Below, in pieces: positions 38,820-52,369 of a stretch of 64,000 nucleotides of DNA. The notes beneath the pieces were generated by a model. It was not told where the DNA came from and made no database searches. It worked only from the letters and a program-made list of their open reading frames with translations. The stretch comes from Felis catus (taxonomy: Eukaryota): contig NC_058368.1 in assembly GCF_018350175.1 (NCBI RefSeq), forward strand, positions 118,484,001 to 118,548,000, in the 5' to 3' direction. How positions within the stretch are numbered: the first letter of the stretch is position 1; each line of letters opens with the position of its first letter. The translations under genes and the position numbers were made by a program.

Positions 38820-40010
38820 GTGAGTGGCCAAGGGGCAGGCTTCCTTTCCCTGGTTCAGGGAAGGAAAGAACAAAGTATGGGTCTGGTTGCATAGAGATCA
38901 CTTACGTGGATTAGAATGCATGAGGAGCATGGGTCTTGCCTGGGTTCAAAGGGCAGCTGGGGGCAGGCATTTCTCGGGTGCTTGGTGGCCCCAGGTTAGA
39001 GCATCATCCTTTTTTCTGTTATTTCTAAGCACTATTTATGTTCTCGGAAGTCCTGCTATTTTTGTTTTAAATCTGTAGCACTAGGATCAGGATTTCCTTT
39101 GGCAGTGGAAGGCCCAGCCTCCCTTCTGTGCATCTAGCTGCCTGGCCATAAGAACCTTGGAGTGTGTTCAGGGGATGGGGGTGGGGCATACATGCTGCCT
39201 CCAGCTCAAAGGATGTACTCTTGTTCAGCTTTCAGTAAGGCTGACAGGAAATCCAAGTCAGAGCTGTTGACTCCCAGTCTCCTTCCCCAGATTTTAACCA
39301 GCAGGACCTTTTGATGCTCCAAATCCTGCTAAGGGCCCTTTGGTTAGCAGTGAGCAGGCTCAAGCCCCTTCTTCGCTGTATGACTGGCTGTGTTAGTCTG
39401 TATGTTGTCTTTGTCTCTAGATGATCCTGTGTAGCAAAGAAACCCAAGTGTGTCCTTGCGGGTTGTATTGCATGGGTTTAGAAGCCTGGAGCCTTTTCCC
39501 CTATGGTTCTCTTTGTTGTTTTGGAAAACAGGAAGTGGCAGAGTCACAGACAAGGTTTCACAAAGCATGGCTTCCCCTTAGGCCACCTTCCTCCTCTGAA
39601 GGTAGACTCTGAAGTGGAGGTTTACCTGCGGCAGGTTTATAGGGGAGCAGGGTTAGCACAATTACCTGGGAGAGAGAGGGCAGCAGACCCCTCCAGGAGA
39701 AATTGAGCTGTGAGGCCTCAGTCAGTGCCCTGGGGCACCCTGGCGCTGGCATGGACCTTGAGAGTGTGGGGAAAAAAAGAAAGGGTGCCGGGCTTGGGAC
39801 CCCTTCCCCCTTTGCCCCTAGCCTTGACTAGTGCTGGGGTGCAGATTACCTTGAGTGAAGCAGCTCCCTTTTCAGGAGGGGACCATCTATGAACCATTAA
39901 CAAGTAATATTCCCTATAGCTGGAGAAGTAAGTTCTTCTGTCTTGAAGGGGACTGTGAAGACCATTTCCTGTGAGCCACTTGAATCAGAATCCCTTGGGA
40001 TGCTTATTTA

Positions 40011-40211
40011 TTTTTTTTAATTTTTTAAACTTTTTATTTATTTTTGAAATAGACAATGTGAGTGGAGGAGGAGCAGAGAGAGGGAGACACAGAATCTGAA
40101 GGCTCTGAGCTGTCAGCACAGATGCTGATGCGGGGCTCGAACTCACAAACTGTGAGATCTTGACCTGAGCCAAAGTCGGACGCTTAACCGGCTGAGCCAC
40201 CCAGGCACCCC
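40011..40211 (-). mobile_element. Feline CAN-SINE inserted in a MER5-like fossil (about 39970-40345)
   Basis: Perfect TSD tgggatgcttattta (39996-40010 / 40212-40226). Confidence 0.93.
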
Positions 40212-40520
40212 TGGGATGCTTATTTAAAATGCACATTTCTGGGTCCAGAGGTACTAAATTAATCTTTAGGGGTGAGGCCTGGACATTTGCATTTTCTCCA
40301 TATTTTCCAGGTGATTTTGATGGTCTTGAGCATTTGAGAGTCATTCTGGTATAGGACTTTAAGGTCAATGGGTATTTCTCGAAAGTATTTGCCTAATTCC
40401 TAGGCGGCTGACTGTTACCTGGTTTTCGATCTGAGGGTTCACTAGGTTGATGTTTTGAATTGTTACGGTTGGGAATAAGGTTTCATTTCTTTGATGTGAA
40501 TAAAATTCCTTTCATCCTAG

Positions 40521-40650
40521 ACAAGAAACCGCTTCGAAGGTACCAGGTCAGAAGTGGAATCACTGATGAAAAAGATGAAGGAGAATCCCCTTGAGCACAA
40601 GACCATCAGTCCCTACACCATGGAAGGGTACCTGTATGTTCAGGAGAAAC
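40521..40650 (+). CDS. ARHGAP26: ARHGAP26 exon 8 (130 nt, phase 0-1), BAR end / PH start
   Basis: ttcatcctag|ACAAGA...GAGAAAC|gtgagt; [43 protein letters not shown](R). Confidence 0.97.
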
Positions 40651-42009
40651 GTGAGTGCCAGTGATGAACCATAGCTTGGGTTACACTCACGCCTTTTAGC
40701 CAGGATGTGGAGGGTGTACCTAGTAGTGCCTGGCCTAGAGCAGTGGTTCTGTAATTATAGATTTGGGTGAATGAAGGTAGCTTATAGTTGGGCTTTTTAA
40801 GGCAGAGATGTTCATAAGGTCTTGTCCACCTCCAAATGCTGTGTTCTTTGTTCTTTATCACTGGGAATTCCCTTGGGGACCTGGAATTCAGTGAGGCCCT
40901 GTGATGGTTTTTCTGCACACTTAGCATGGGTTTATCATCACACGTTTGGCATAGAGGCTTTGGAACGGCCTTGTATGCTAGACCTTATTTTCTATCAGCT
41001 GTCATATCTTTGGGTGGATTTAATATGGAGTGATTTTGTTTACTTCAAGATTGGTTTCAGCAAGGACCACATAGTCATGACTTAGGCCCTCTCCTTCCTC
41101 TCTTCAACTGCTGTCATCTCAGCACTGAAATTTTATGAAAAGTAGAAACACAAGCTTACTCCAAGAGGTAGGAAGAGAAATCCATTGTCCTGCCGATGAG
41201 ATGTCAAGGAAAGAAATGCCAGGTGCTGCTAATCCAGACTTTTCTGTGATGCCTCACAAACTCCTGCACTAGGCCTGGGGAGAGGCTTTTTTGACAGGGC
41301 TATGCTTTGAGGGTAGCACTTTCAGACTTAGCTTACAAAATGGTAGGGATAAGAGAAGGTGATTTTTTTTTTTCTTCAATGGATAGTTACCTAGTCTGCC
41401 CTACTTTTTCGGTTGAGCATATTACTCCTTTCAGAGATTTGCTGGTTTTGTGCTCTTTACTGCCCTTCTGTTGTCTGAGTGCGAAGCAACTGTCTTTACT
41501 CCTAGAAGCTTCCTGATGGAACAGAACACTTGATTTCATTGATTATTTTAGTCAGTGATTGCTCAAAAATTTGCTTGGGCTTCAAATTGTTGCCTGGCCA
41601 TAGTGGGGGCAGTCGTGGGGTTTGAGGTTGGAGGCGTTGGCCGTCATGAGGGTTTTATTACAGGGATGAGCTTGTTGAGGTTTTAACAGATGGAGGGTAC
41701 TGTAGTGGTGTTTTGTGTAGGCCTCAATGTAAGGTGATAGCTTTTTTGCCCAATGAGGAGATCCATCCCAAAAGTTTAAGGTCATCTTGAATATGTGTCC
41801 ACTTGTAATACTTAATTTATTAATACTGTTCCCCTATATGTATGAATTTGGCACTCTCACATTTGTTACCCAATTTTATTCAAATACCTCACATGCTTTT
41901 TGAAACATGAATGTCTTCATTAGAGCTAGATTTTAATTCTCTAACACATTAGTCCAGAGCATACCAATGGGATACAGCTGTTTTCATTTGCAAGTTTTGG
42001 TAACTTACC

Positions 42010-42950
42010 ACTTAGAAATTTGAAACTTAGAGAAAAATTACAAGAAGAGTATAAAGAAACCCCATATGCCCTTTATCCATATGCATGAATTTTTACCTTT
42101 TTCCCACAGTTCTTTCTTTTTCTTTGTGGGTATGTGTACACGTGTCACAGAGACACACATTTCTGTTTTTTCTGAACCTTTTGAGAACAGGTTGCACAGC
42201 TCATGCTCCTTTAATTTAGTATACACTTTTTAAAAATAAGGATTTTATTTTATGTAGCCACAGTATAGTTACCATGTCCAGCAGTTAACAGTGATAAGAT
42301 ATTTAATGCAAATGATAGTTCATATTCCAATTTTATCAGTTGTCCCTGACGTTAGCCCTTATAAAGCATTTTCTTTTCCTTCTGTGTAGATACGATTTTG
42401 TACTGCACTTACTTGTGACCATTTTAGACTCCTTTATTCTGTAGCAAGTGCCTCAGCTTTTCTTTGTCTTTCATGACATGGACATTTTTGAAGAATATAG
42501 GCCAGTTCTTTTCTAGAATTTTCTTCGCTGTGGGTTTGTCTGTTTCCCGATAATTAGATTCAGGTTAGGTGTCCCTTGTCAAATGGTGTTCTTCTCTGGG
42601 TCCCACATCCAGGGACACAGGATGGCTATCTGCCCCTCAGTGGTGATGTTGTTTTTGGTCATTCAGTCAAGGTATTATTTGGTTTATCCACTATACAGTC
42701 ACTGTTTTTCCCTCGTAGCTAATTAACAGTCTATGGGGAGACCCTTCTCCTCATCAAACTTTGCCCTCTATAGACTTAGTTAGCATCTGTTGGCAATTCT
42801 TGCCTACATGATTGTTAATATGTTGGTTGCAAAGTGGTGATTTCTCAGCTCTGGCACTCTCTCCACATTTATTAGTTGCCATTTAGTGTACTATAAGCAA
42901 GTGACTCCCTCCCTGTCTCATTCTCTCCTCTCCTTTCCCATCCATCTGTC
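42010..42950 (-). mobile_element. Old L1M (L1MC-like) 3' fragment
   Basis: aaacttagagaaaaattacaagaa...ttcatgacatggacatttttgaagaatataggccag; boundaries approximate. Confidence 0.65.
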
Positions 42951-42954
42951 CATC

Positions 42955-43395
42955 TTTTTTAAAAAAACGTTAAGTTGTTTTTTTTAATGTTTGTTTATTT
43001 TTGAAAGAGACAGAGACAGAGCACGAGTGAGGGAGGGGCAGGGAGAGAAGGAGGCACAGATCTGAAACAGCCTCCAGGCTCTGAACTGTCAGCACAGAGC
43101 CTGACACGGGCTTGAACTCAGGAGCTGCGAGATCATGACCTGAGCCGAAGTCAGACACTTAACTGACTGAGCCACCCAGGTGCCCCTTTTAAAAAAATTT
43201 GTTTTAAATGTTTGTTTATTTACTTAGAGCACGTGAGTGTGGGAGGGGCAGAGAGAAAGAGAGAGAGAATCCTAAGCAGACTTCACAGTGTCAGTGTGGA
43301 GCCCGACATGGGGCTTAATCCTATGAATGTGAAATCATGACCTGAGCTGAAATCAAGAGTTGGATGCTCAACCTCCTGAGCCACCCAGGTGCCCC
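42955..43395 (-). mobile_element. Two tandem CAN-SINEs (42955-43186, 43187-43395)
   Basis: Two consecutive reverse SINE bodies, flanked by ccatcttt on both sides. Confidence 0.92.
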
Positions 43396-44514
43396 TAGCC
43401 ATCTTTCTATTGTCAGTATGGACTAAAGGATTTCTCGTCTATTCAGTAGGCTAAATCCATTACTGGCCTTACTTGCTTGGATGCTCAAGCTCAAAGTGTT
43501 TCTAAGATAGAGCGCTTTTGGAATCTTTGTGTTGTGCTATCACTGGAATTTTTTCTCTAAGCCACAAAAATAAATGACAATGGTTGGTATTTTTGTCTTT
43601 GATGCTTCAATGTAGGCACTTACTATATTGCTTTTAATTTTTTAGTTTCCTACTTGACATTTCACACTTGAAATGGGCGCTGCTACACTAAAAAATAATT
43701 ACTAAATCTTTGTTAAATCTCATGTTATTCTTTTAAACGAAAAACACCCCATTTCTGCTCTGTGATCTCCAGGAGCCTGTAAGGCTAGTGTTGACTGAGG
43801 ACCTTGGAGGCTAATAATGCTAATTATGCCTTCTTCCTCTAATAATATTTTTAATTCAAAATAAAGTAATTGGCTGACCACCAGGGAAAATCGAGGACTG
43901 TCAGGATTTGACTGTGAGGCATGTCTGCCTTTCCTGAGGGACAGTATTGAGGGACAGACCTCTCACATAACTTTGGGGTATTTATAGTCCCTCCCATTTA
44001 CATCTCTGTGTCAGAGTTGGCCTGTCTGCTTGAGTTCTGCTAAAGTACAAATGAGGGGTTTGGCAGTAGGTCAGAATCCATGTATGTCTTTGCAGAGACT
44101 CGCAGAGCAGCTGTGGGAAGCATGAAGTCGTCATAGCAGATGGGGACAGTGACAGGCACTCTGAGGAGCTCTTCTGTTCTTTCCTCAGTCATCTTAATCC
44201 TGTCAAGAGAAAGGAAATGTCAAGTGGAGATTAATGATGGGAAAGTGAATTAATTTCCCCAGGGAACCTCTCCTTCCCTTATATTTTAAGACTCATTGGA
44301 TGCAGCATTTAGTGGGAAACGGTCTTCCTTGGCCCCTGGGGAAAGCCTTGGGTCATTTCCAGTTCCAGCCTGTAGGATCAGATTTCTTCCTCTTCCAGTA
44401 TATTGCCTCTAGAAACAGTTGAAGGGGAGATGAGCATTGTGGGTTATGGGTTGTGTGTGTTTCCAGTATGCACTGGACACATGGAGACGCTTCATAGGAA
44501 ATGTTACCTTGCAG

Positions 44515-44615
44515 GGCACTTTGGAACTTCTTGGGTGAAGCACTACTGTACCTATCAACGGGATTCCAAACAAATCACCATGGTACCATTTGACCAAAAG
44601 TCAGGAGGAAAGGGG
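44515..44615 (+). CDS. ARHGAP26: ARHGAP26 exon 9 (101 nt, phase 1-0), PH domain
   Basis: ttaccttgcag|GGCAC...AAGGGG|gtaagt; (R)HFGTSWVKHYCTYQRDSKQITMVPFDQKSGGKG. Confidence 0.96.
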
Positions 44616-44719
44616 GTAAGTTCATTTTTTTAATTTCATGCTTGATTTGCTTGGCTAACATAGGTTGGTTATAATGCTAGTGTTAAGTAACATCTTCGAT
44701 ACTGCACTGTAATTTTCTT

Positions 44720-46243
44720 TTTAAAAAAAATTTCTAATTGAAGTATAATATATAGTGTTAAATTAGTTTTGGGTACATAATGTAATGATTCAGCAGTTCT
44801 ATATATTACTCAGTGCTCATCACAATAACTGTACTCTTAACCCCCTTTATTCCACCCATGCCCCCACTCCCCTCCCCTCTGGTAACCACCAGTTCTTCAT
44901 ATTTAAGAGTATGCTTTTTTGTCCATCTTTTTTTTTGTTTTCTTTGTTGGTTCATTTGTCTCGTAAATGGCACATGGGAATGAAATCCTATGGTATTTAT
45001 CTTACTCTGTCTGACTTACTTCACTCAGCATTATAGCCTCTAGATCTATCCGTGTTGTTGCCAGTGGGAAGATGTCATTCTTTTTCATGGCTGAGTAATA
45101 TTCCTGTCTCTCTCTGTCTATCTGTCTGTCTGTCTACCTACCTATCTATCTCTCACATCTTCTGTAGCCATGTGTCTATCAATTGGTTGCTTCCATATTT
45201 TGGTTATTGTAAATAATACTGCAGAACGTAGGTGCATATATCTTTTTATATTTTGTATCAGTATTTGTTTTCTCTGGGTAAATACCCAGTAGTGGAATTG
45301 CTAGATCATATGGTAACTCTACTTTTAGTTTTGTGAGGAATGTCCATACTGTTTTCCACAGTGCCTATAGTAATTTGCATTCCCACGAGCAGTGCACAGG
45401 GATTCCTTTTTCTCCACATTCTCACCAACCATTGTGATTTCTTGTCTTTTTTTTACCTTAGTCATTCTGAGAGGTGTGAGGTGATATGTAATTGTGGTTT
45501 TGATTTGTATTTCCCTGATGATTAGCGATGTTGAGCATCTTTACATGTGTCTGCTACCCATTTGTGTGTCTTGTTTGGAAACAGTATCTGTTTGGGTCTT
45601 CTGCCCATTTTTCAGTAAGATTGTTTATTTTGTGTTGAGTTACAGAAGTTCTTCAAATATTTTGGATATTAACCCCCTATCAGTTACATGATTTGCAGAT
45701 ACTTTCCCCCATTCAGTAGGTTGCCTTATCATTTTGTTGGTGGTTTTCGTTGCTGTGCAAAGGCTTTTTATTGTGTTATAGTCCCAATAGTTTAATTTTC
45801 CTTCTGTTACTCCTGCTTGAGGAGACATAGAAAAATGTTTCTGTGGCAAGTGACGAAGAAATTACTGCCTATGTTTTCTTCTAGAAATTTCATGGTTTCC
45901 TGTCTCACATTTAGGTCTTTAATTCATTTTGAGTTTATTTTTGTGAATGGTGTAAGAAAGTGGTCCCGTTTCTTTTGCATGTAGCTGTCCAGTTCTCCCA
46001 GCACCATTTGTTGAAGAGACTGTGTTTTCCCCATTGTATATTCTTGCCTCCTTTGTTGTAGATTACTTGATCATATAGGTGTGGGTTTATTTCTGGCCTC
46101 TGTAAATCTTGTTCCATTGATCCATAATGTCTCTTTTTGTGCTTGTACCATACTGTTTTGATTACTGCAGCTTTGTAGTATATCTTGAAATTGGAGATTG
46201 TGATAGCTGGAACTTTGTTCCTTTCTCTTAACATTGCTTTGCG
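44720..46243 (-). mobile_element. 5'-truncated carnivore L1 (ORF2 3' part plus 3' UTR)
   Basis: ORF track [15 protein letters not shown]...[16 protein letters not shown] is L1 ORF2; TSD gtaattttctt (44709-44719 / 46244-46254). Confidence 0.93.
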
Positions 46244-46499
46244 GTAATTTTCTTAATTTTTTACATAATAGTTCCAGGAGGAATGGTACCCTAGACGGGA
46301 ATTAAAGCAAGACGATTATTTTTAGCTTTAAGTTCTATTAGGAACTGCAACTAAGAAAGTTCTTGTATTTCATATGCATTCAGTATTAAGTATGTCAAAT
46401 GTGTTTGGAGGCTAGAAATTCTTGGATGGTTTTGTCCTGTGAAGCTGATGGATATCGCTCTTACCTGATACAAAGAGAGCTGCCAGTTGGTGGGTGTGA

Positions 46500-46950
46500 G
46501 TGTTGCGATTATCTGTTGCTGGGGAGCAGATGACCAAAAAATTTAGCAGCTCTTAAAACTACACAAGTCATTTTAGTATTTCTCACAGATTCTGTGGGTC
46601 AGGAATTGGGCTCAGGGTTTCTCAGGTGGTTTTAATCAGATGGTTGGGGCTGGAACAGTGAGGGTTTGAAGCTGCTGAAGGCTGGTCAGCCATGGCTCTC
46701 TTCCTTTCTTCTGATCTCCTTCTTCCTCCCCTTCTCTGTTTCCCTCCTGCTCTGGATAGTCTCAGGGCCTGTCCATCTGGTCTCTCCATGGGAGATAGTT
46801 TGGGTTTCCTCACAGCTTGGTGGCCTCAGGGCAGCTTAAGGTGTCAAGAGGGAATATTCCAGCACAAAACCTGAGACCCCATGTAGCCTCAGAAGTCATA
46901 TAGTCTTCCTTTTGCTCTGTTGGTTGAAGCAGTCACAGAAGCCCCCCCAA
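46500..46950 (-). mobile_element. Old ERVL/MaLR LTR (MLT-type)
   Basis: atttctcacagattctgtgggtcaggaattggg...tcctcacagcttggtggcctcagg...tagcctcagaagtcat. Confidence 0.6.
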
Positions 46951-47488
46951 GCCCACTCACTTTAACTGGGAGAGGATGCAGAGTCACACCCTGTGACGTG
47001 AGGCTCCTGTGGCAGAGAGATACTCTTGGAGCTGGCTCTGGTCCTCACATGCCCTACAGTCACTGCTGTGGAGCTCTCTGCTGTGCTCCGGCCTTTGTCC
47101 TTTCCTCCCAGCTTGCTCACTGCAGCCTGAATGCATTTCCTCTTCCGGTGATCCATTTTTTTCTCTGGCTGCTCTTAATGTCTTCTGTTTTTTCCTTTTG
47201 GTATTGGACATTTCATTATGATGGTCTTATGTGTGACTTTTTCCCCCATTCTGTTGTACTTGGGAATTTGGGGCCTTTCTGTATTTGGGGATTGGTGTCT
47301 TTCAGTAACTTTGAGAAATTCTTATCAATTATCACTTCGAATTTTGCCTCCTCCCCATATCTCCTTCTGGACATAACTCCTTTGGGAGATAGCTAAATAT
47401 TTTTAAGAGAAGTATTTATATTTTTCATCTGTTCGAATCTTCAGACTCCATTTAGCATAACTTCTCTGTTTCTGTAGTTTAAGTAATT

Positions 47489-47490
<2 letters not shown>

Positions 47491-47531
<41 letters not shown>

Positions 47532-47738
47532 TTTTCAACGTTTATTTATTTTTGGGACAGAGAGAGACAGAGCATGAACGGGGGAGGGGCAGAGAGAGAG
47601 GGAGACACAGAATCAGAAACAGGCTCCAGGCTCTGAGCCATCAGCCCAGAGCCTGATGCGGGGCTCGAACTCCCGGACCATGAGATCGTGACCTGGCTGA
47701 AGTCGGACGCTTAACCGACTGCGCCACCCAGGCGCCCC
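47491..47738 (-). mobile_element. Young feline SINEC_Fc with (TTTA)n tail
   Basis: Perfect TSD tgtagtttaagtaatttt (47473-47490 / 47740-47757). Confidence 0.97.
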
Positions 47739-49709
47739 ATGTAGTTTAAGTAATTTTTAAGCTGTTTCCAATATATTGATAAATGAGTCTTCGGTAATAA
47801 GCATGCCATCTCTGGTCCTCTGTGTGGTTCGTTATGGTACCATGTGTTGGGTGTGTGTGTGGGGGGGGGGGTGGGGCGGGGGGTGCTTTACAGAGACCAA
47901 GAGCACCCACCATCTTTGAAATTGGACTGCCAGGCTCAGTAACATTAGATGCATTTGTCAAGAGTGTTAGTCACTCTGCCAGGCTGCCTCCCTTGCTGTC
48001 TACCACTTTGAATTTTTCTTCCTGGCTTTCTTTTACTTGGGCCACAATACAGGAATTTATCAGCATCTCTTTTTCTTCCATGTATTATAGCAAAAAAAAC
48101 CCCAAGCCCTATTAATGTTTCCAGTCAGGGGTAGAGTACTCTCAGGAAAACAACATCGTTCAAATAGAGAAACATAAATAAATGATAGAATCGGAAGTGA
48201 TAGTAGGCACCAGTCATTAGTTGTGCCCTAGTTTTCATGCAATGGAAGTAGAGTTAGACTCACTTTCTTGGGTTGAGCCATGTTCCTTTTCTAATTCTTT
48301 CTAGAAATGAGCTTCACTCAATTATTCTCTCTCAGTCTTTATTTTGGGGCCTTTTACCTTGTGCTTTTCTAAAGCTTAAAAGAAGAACTAACTCCCTCGT
48401 GTTTGGTCTTATCCCACTTGAAAGTGAATGCAGAGGCCAGTAATGGTAGATGTATGGGACTCCCAAGTCTTTAGTGAGGTAATAGTAAACACCTCACTGG
48501 GTTGTTAAGAAGTTTATGTGAATTAGTACATACACTCTTGGAACAGATCTTGACACATGATGAGTTCTGTATTAGGGGGTTGATATTACAGTAATTATCT
48601 TTCCTAATCATTCCTTAAGTTTATTTTACATTTTTCTGAGTCCTTGTATTTTCCTGTATTATCCTGTTTGATCCAATTTTCTCCTTCATAAAGGAGGAAA
48701 TGGCGGTCCAGAAGAGAAAATGATTTATAAAGCCATACAAGTCCTGAGGTACAGAGCCAATACTCAGACCCTGATTCTGGAGTCTGCATCTCTTGAGTCA
48801 GAGTGGCTGCTGCTAATATTAATAATAATCATAATCATAATCATAGAAAAAAATATATAAAACAGTAGCTTTCCATGATGTCACTCTATTTCCTCAGCTT
48901 TAGGGTAGAGGGAATATGAAGACTGGCTGTCCAGAGGTGATCGCATCTCCATTTGTACAGGAGAATCATGTGGCATCTTCCATATATGTGTTTGTACAAA
49001 GCTCTCTTAGGAGGTGGAGGCAGACTTAAAATGGATAATGTGGTGGTTGTTCTTGTTTTTTTCCTAACGGGCTTTTTTATTCCCCTTTCTTCACTTTGCT
49101 GTCCCTTTTATTTGTGTTATTTTTCTTTAAAAGTCCCTGCTTTTTTCTTAGTTTTAGGCCACTAGATGTTCCATCATCTTGGAGACCAGACCCTCTGTGT
49201 GGTGAAACACAAGTCCCCTGTATCCTAGCCTCTGAGATGAGGCCGCTCTCCGTGTGAGGTTTGGGGCGGCCCAGAGCTGACCTTGTCCATTCCCTTGCTT
49301 GAACCCCCTCATTATTTTTCCTGTGCTCTCAGGATAAGGACCACAATCTGCATAATGTGGCTCTTGATTCCTTTATACTCTTTCTCATGCCACTTTGCCT
49401 CTTGCTCTGGGATTCAGCCATACTGCCTACCTTTAAATTCCTCCCAGGCCCATGGACCCTGACCACAGGCCTTTACATCCGCTGTTCTCTATTCCCAAAG
49501 TAGATAGTAGATGGAAAGCTTGTGACTTTCCATAAACTGTCTCTTGCTAGGTCTTCTGTGTTTTATGTGGTATTGTGATACTAGAGGGTAGTTAAGTTTT
49601 ACCATATGCAGTCACATTTTCTATTTCAACAAACTAGACAAGTTTGCTAATTTTTCCCCTTGTTCAGGGAAAAAGATTGGCAAGGGCAAGAGGAACAGGA
49701 ATACTAAAT

Positions 49710-49932
49710 TCTTTTTTTTTTTTTTTTTAATTTTATTTACTTTCAGAGAGAGAGAGAGAGAGAGAGCAGGCACAGGCCAGAGGAGGGGGAGAGGGAGAGG
49801 GAGAATCCCAAGCAGGCTCTGTGCTCTCAGTGCAATGCCTGAAGCAGGGCTTGATCCCACGACTGTGAGATCAAGACCTGAGTTGATACCTAAGAACCAG
49901 ATGCTTAACTGACGGAACCAACCGGGTGCCCC
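49710..49932 (-). mobile_element. CAN-SINE
   Basis: Poly-T, (AG)n, diverged body. Confidence 0.88.
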
Positions 49933-50029
49933 AAGGAACCTGAAATTCTTATGTGGAAAAAAGAAAAGAAATCAGGGATAGAAACCCCTCTGCTTTTAGG
50001 CAGTAAGAGAGCACTATGTGATGAAACTG

Positions 50030-50424
50030 TTAGATTCCATTTGTACAGTGAGATAATACCCAGCGGTGAAAAGAAACAAACTCTTGATTTGTACAACAGC
50101 ATAACGTGAGTTGCAGAAGAATTGTGCCAAGTCAAAGAAGTCAAAAATAAAAGGGCACATACTGTGTGATTAACTTTATATAAAATTATATAGGGCATGC
50201 AAACTAATTTGTATGATGGAAAACAGATTCAGTTTTTGCCTGAGGGTAGATAGACTAGGTGGAGGGATAGAATTCAAAAACACAAGGAAACTTTTGGGGG
50301 TGATGGAAATGTTCATTAGCTTGATTGTGGTGTTGATTTTATGGGTGTATACAGATGTTAAAACTCATAAATGGACACGTACAGTTGGTTATACATTAGT
50401 TATACCTCTATAAAGCTGTTAAAA
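50030..50424 (+). mobile_element. Old L1M (L1MC/ME-like) 3' end
   Basis: acatactgtgtgatt...cttttgggggtgatggaaatgttc...ttgattgtggtg...tatacctctataaagctg. Confidence 0.75.
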
Positions 50425-51080
50425 CCCATTTATTGAGCACTTACTCTGTCCTTGGGCCGGTTTGTTCTCTGGGTACACAGGAATCAATAAAAAATGATAG
50501 TCTCTGCTGTCAGGGAGCTTAGAGTCTAATGAGGAGGGAGACATGATTGGGGTCATTGCCCACATCAACGGACAATTCCAGCTATGATCAGTGCTGTGAG
50601 GGAGACAAAGTACATGGTGTATGTGAACATGTCTCGGGGATATTTGACCTGGTCCAGGAAGGCTTTCCTGAAAAAATGATGGCCGACTCAAGACCATAGA
50701 AACTCAGAGTCAGGAGGAGACCTGCAGGCCATCTTGTGTAACCCTTTTCAACCCTGTAAATTAACTCAGCCTCAAATATTATCAGCAAGAGTTTATCCAG
50801 CAGGGGTTGATGCTGTACCATCACGACGTGCTAGAAGTGAACTAAAACTAGAGATATTTCATGTTAAGTATAACATGGTTTACAGGTTTTAGATGCATGA
50901 GACTGTTAGCTGAGGGAGAGTTTTGGAACAATATTCCACCTTCCTATGGTCGTGAACACTCAGGCTTGAGAAGATGGAGTGATTGCTCTCGTTGGTGTGA
51001 TGTATTTGTGGTACCCTGCAGAGGCACAGAGCATAGCCCATGTCCAGGCCTCGTCGTGATAGTCTGTGTGCTCCCAACAG

Positions 51081-51175
51081 GGAGAAGATGAATCTGTCAT
51101 CCTGAAATCCTGCACACGGCGGAAAACAGACTCTATCGAGAAGAGGTTTTGCTTTGACGTAGAAGCAGTAGACAG
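51081..51175 (+). CDS. ARHGAP26: ARHGAP26 exon 10 (95 nt, phase 0-2), PH domain
   Basis: ctcccaacag|GGAGAA...GACAG|gtgagt; [31 protein letters not shown](R). Confidence 0.97.
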
Positions 51176-52034
51176 GTGAGTAGCTGTCACATTTTGCTCA
51201 GGAACAAAAACTATTCAATTTGGATTTTTTACTTTTTCCATTCAGTCAGAGCCTTTCTGTCCTCCAATCCCACCCTCCCCCTCCTTCTCCACCCTGCTGC
51301 AAATTGCTGCTCCACCCTGCTGCAATTTGGAGCAGACCTCAGGCCACTTGCTGGTCTGCAAGGATCAGTATAGCTTCTCCCGCTTGTAGGTACAGTGCTG
51401 AGCCTCCGGTTTGGTTTGCTTTAACATTAGGGGTTTCCTGAGAAGGAATGGGTGTTATTTCTTAAGAGGTTGAGTAGGTGTTTAAAGAAAACTGTTTAGC
51501 CTGACTATATGAGCTATTTAAGATTTTACTTTAAAACATATTTACTTTTTTTAATTTAAAAAATGGTTCAAAAGGAATTGGACGAGGTGAAGGGTGGAAC
51601 AAGTTGTACTCAGCTAAAAAAAAAAAAAACAAAAAACAAAAAAACAGACAGCTTTCAGCTGTAGCATTTCACCAACCACTGTGTGTATGTGCCTGGGAAA
51701 GATGGCAAACCCCTTGTGAAATCACTTTTTGCAGAGGGAGCTGTGCATTGTATTCCTCAATATATATGGAGTCTCATTAAGTTGTACCATTTCATGGTGT
51801 TAAGCTAGTTTGACAACATTCCAGTTCTTTGAAACACTTTACTTGGCAACAGGTTAATTCTTTGAGTGAAAGCCACGTGCTAAGCTTTTTTGTGCTATCT
51901 GTTCAAGATCAGCAGTGCCAGCATTGAAGATCCTTGAATCTCAGCATGAGTCTCCTCTAATGCCATTTATTTTCTCCCCTTTATTTAAACCCACCCACCC
52001 ATCCACGCCCCTCCTCCCTCCCCCCCCCCCGCCG

Positions 52035-52035
<1 letters not shown>

Positions 52036-52100
<65 letters not shown>

Positions 52101-52106
52101 ACACAC
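52036..52106. repeat. (CA)n microsatellite preceded by a poly-C run
   Basis: Direct reading. Confidence 0.97.
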
Positions 52107-52369
52107 CATCTTGTCAGGCCAGTACTTCTGCCCTTTCTGGAACGTTTATCTCTGGCCACTCTTTCCTGATCCTGTAAGATGCAGAGACTGAGTACCTTGT
52201 GGGGTGTTGGCAGTTGGGAATGCCTTCTTGTGGCATGATGTCTCCCTGTGCTGTGACTGCTTGGAGGTTGTTAGAGCTCCCATGGAGGGAACATGTCCTT
52301 TTAGCTTTAATCACAAGATCATGGAAACTCACCTCATCTCTTCAGCACTTAGTCATTACACATGGGCTT

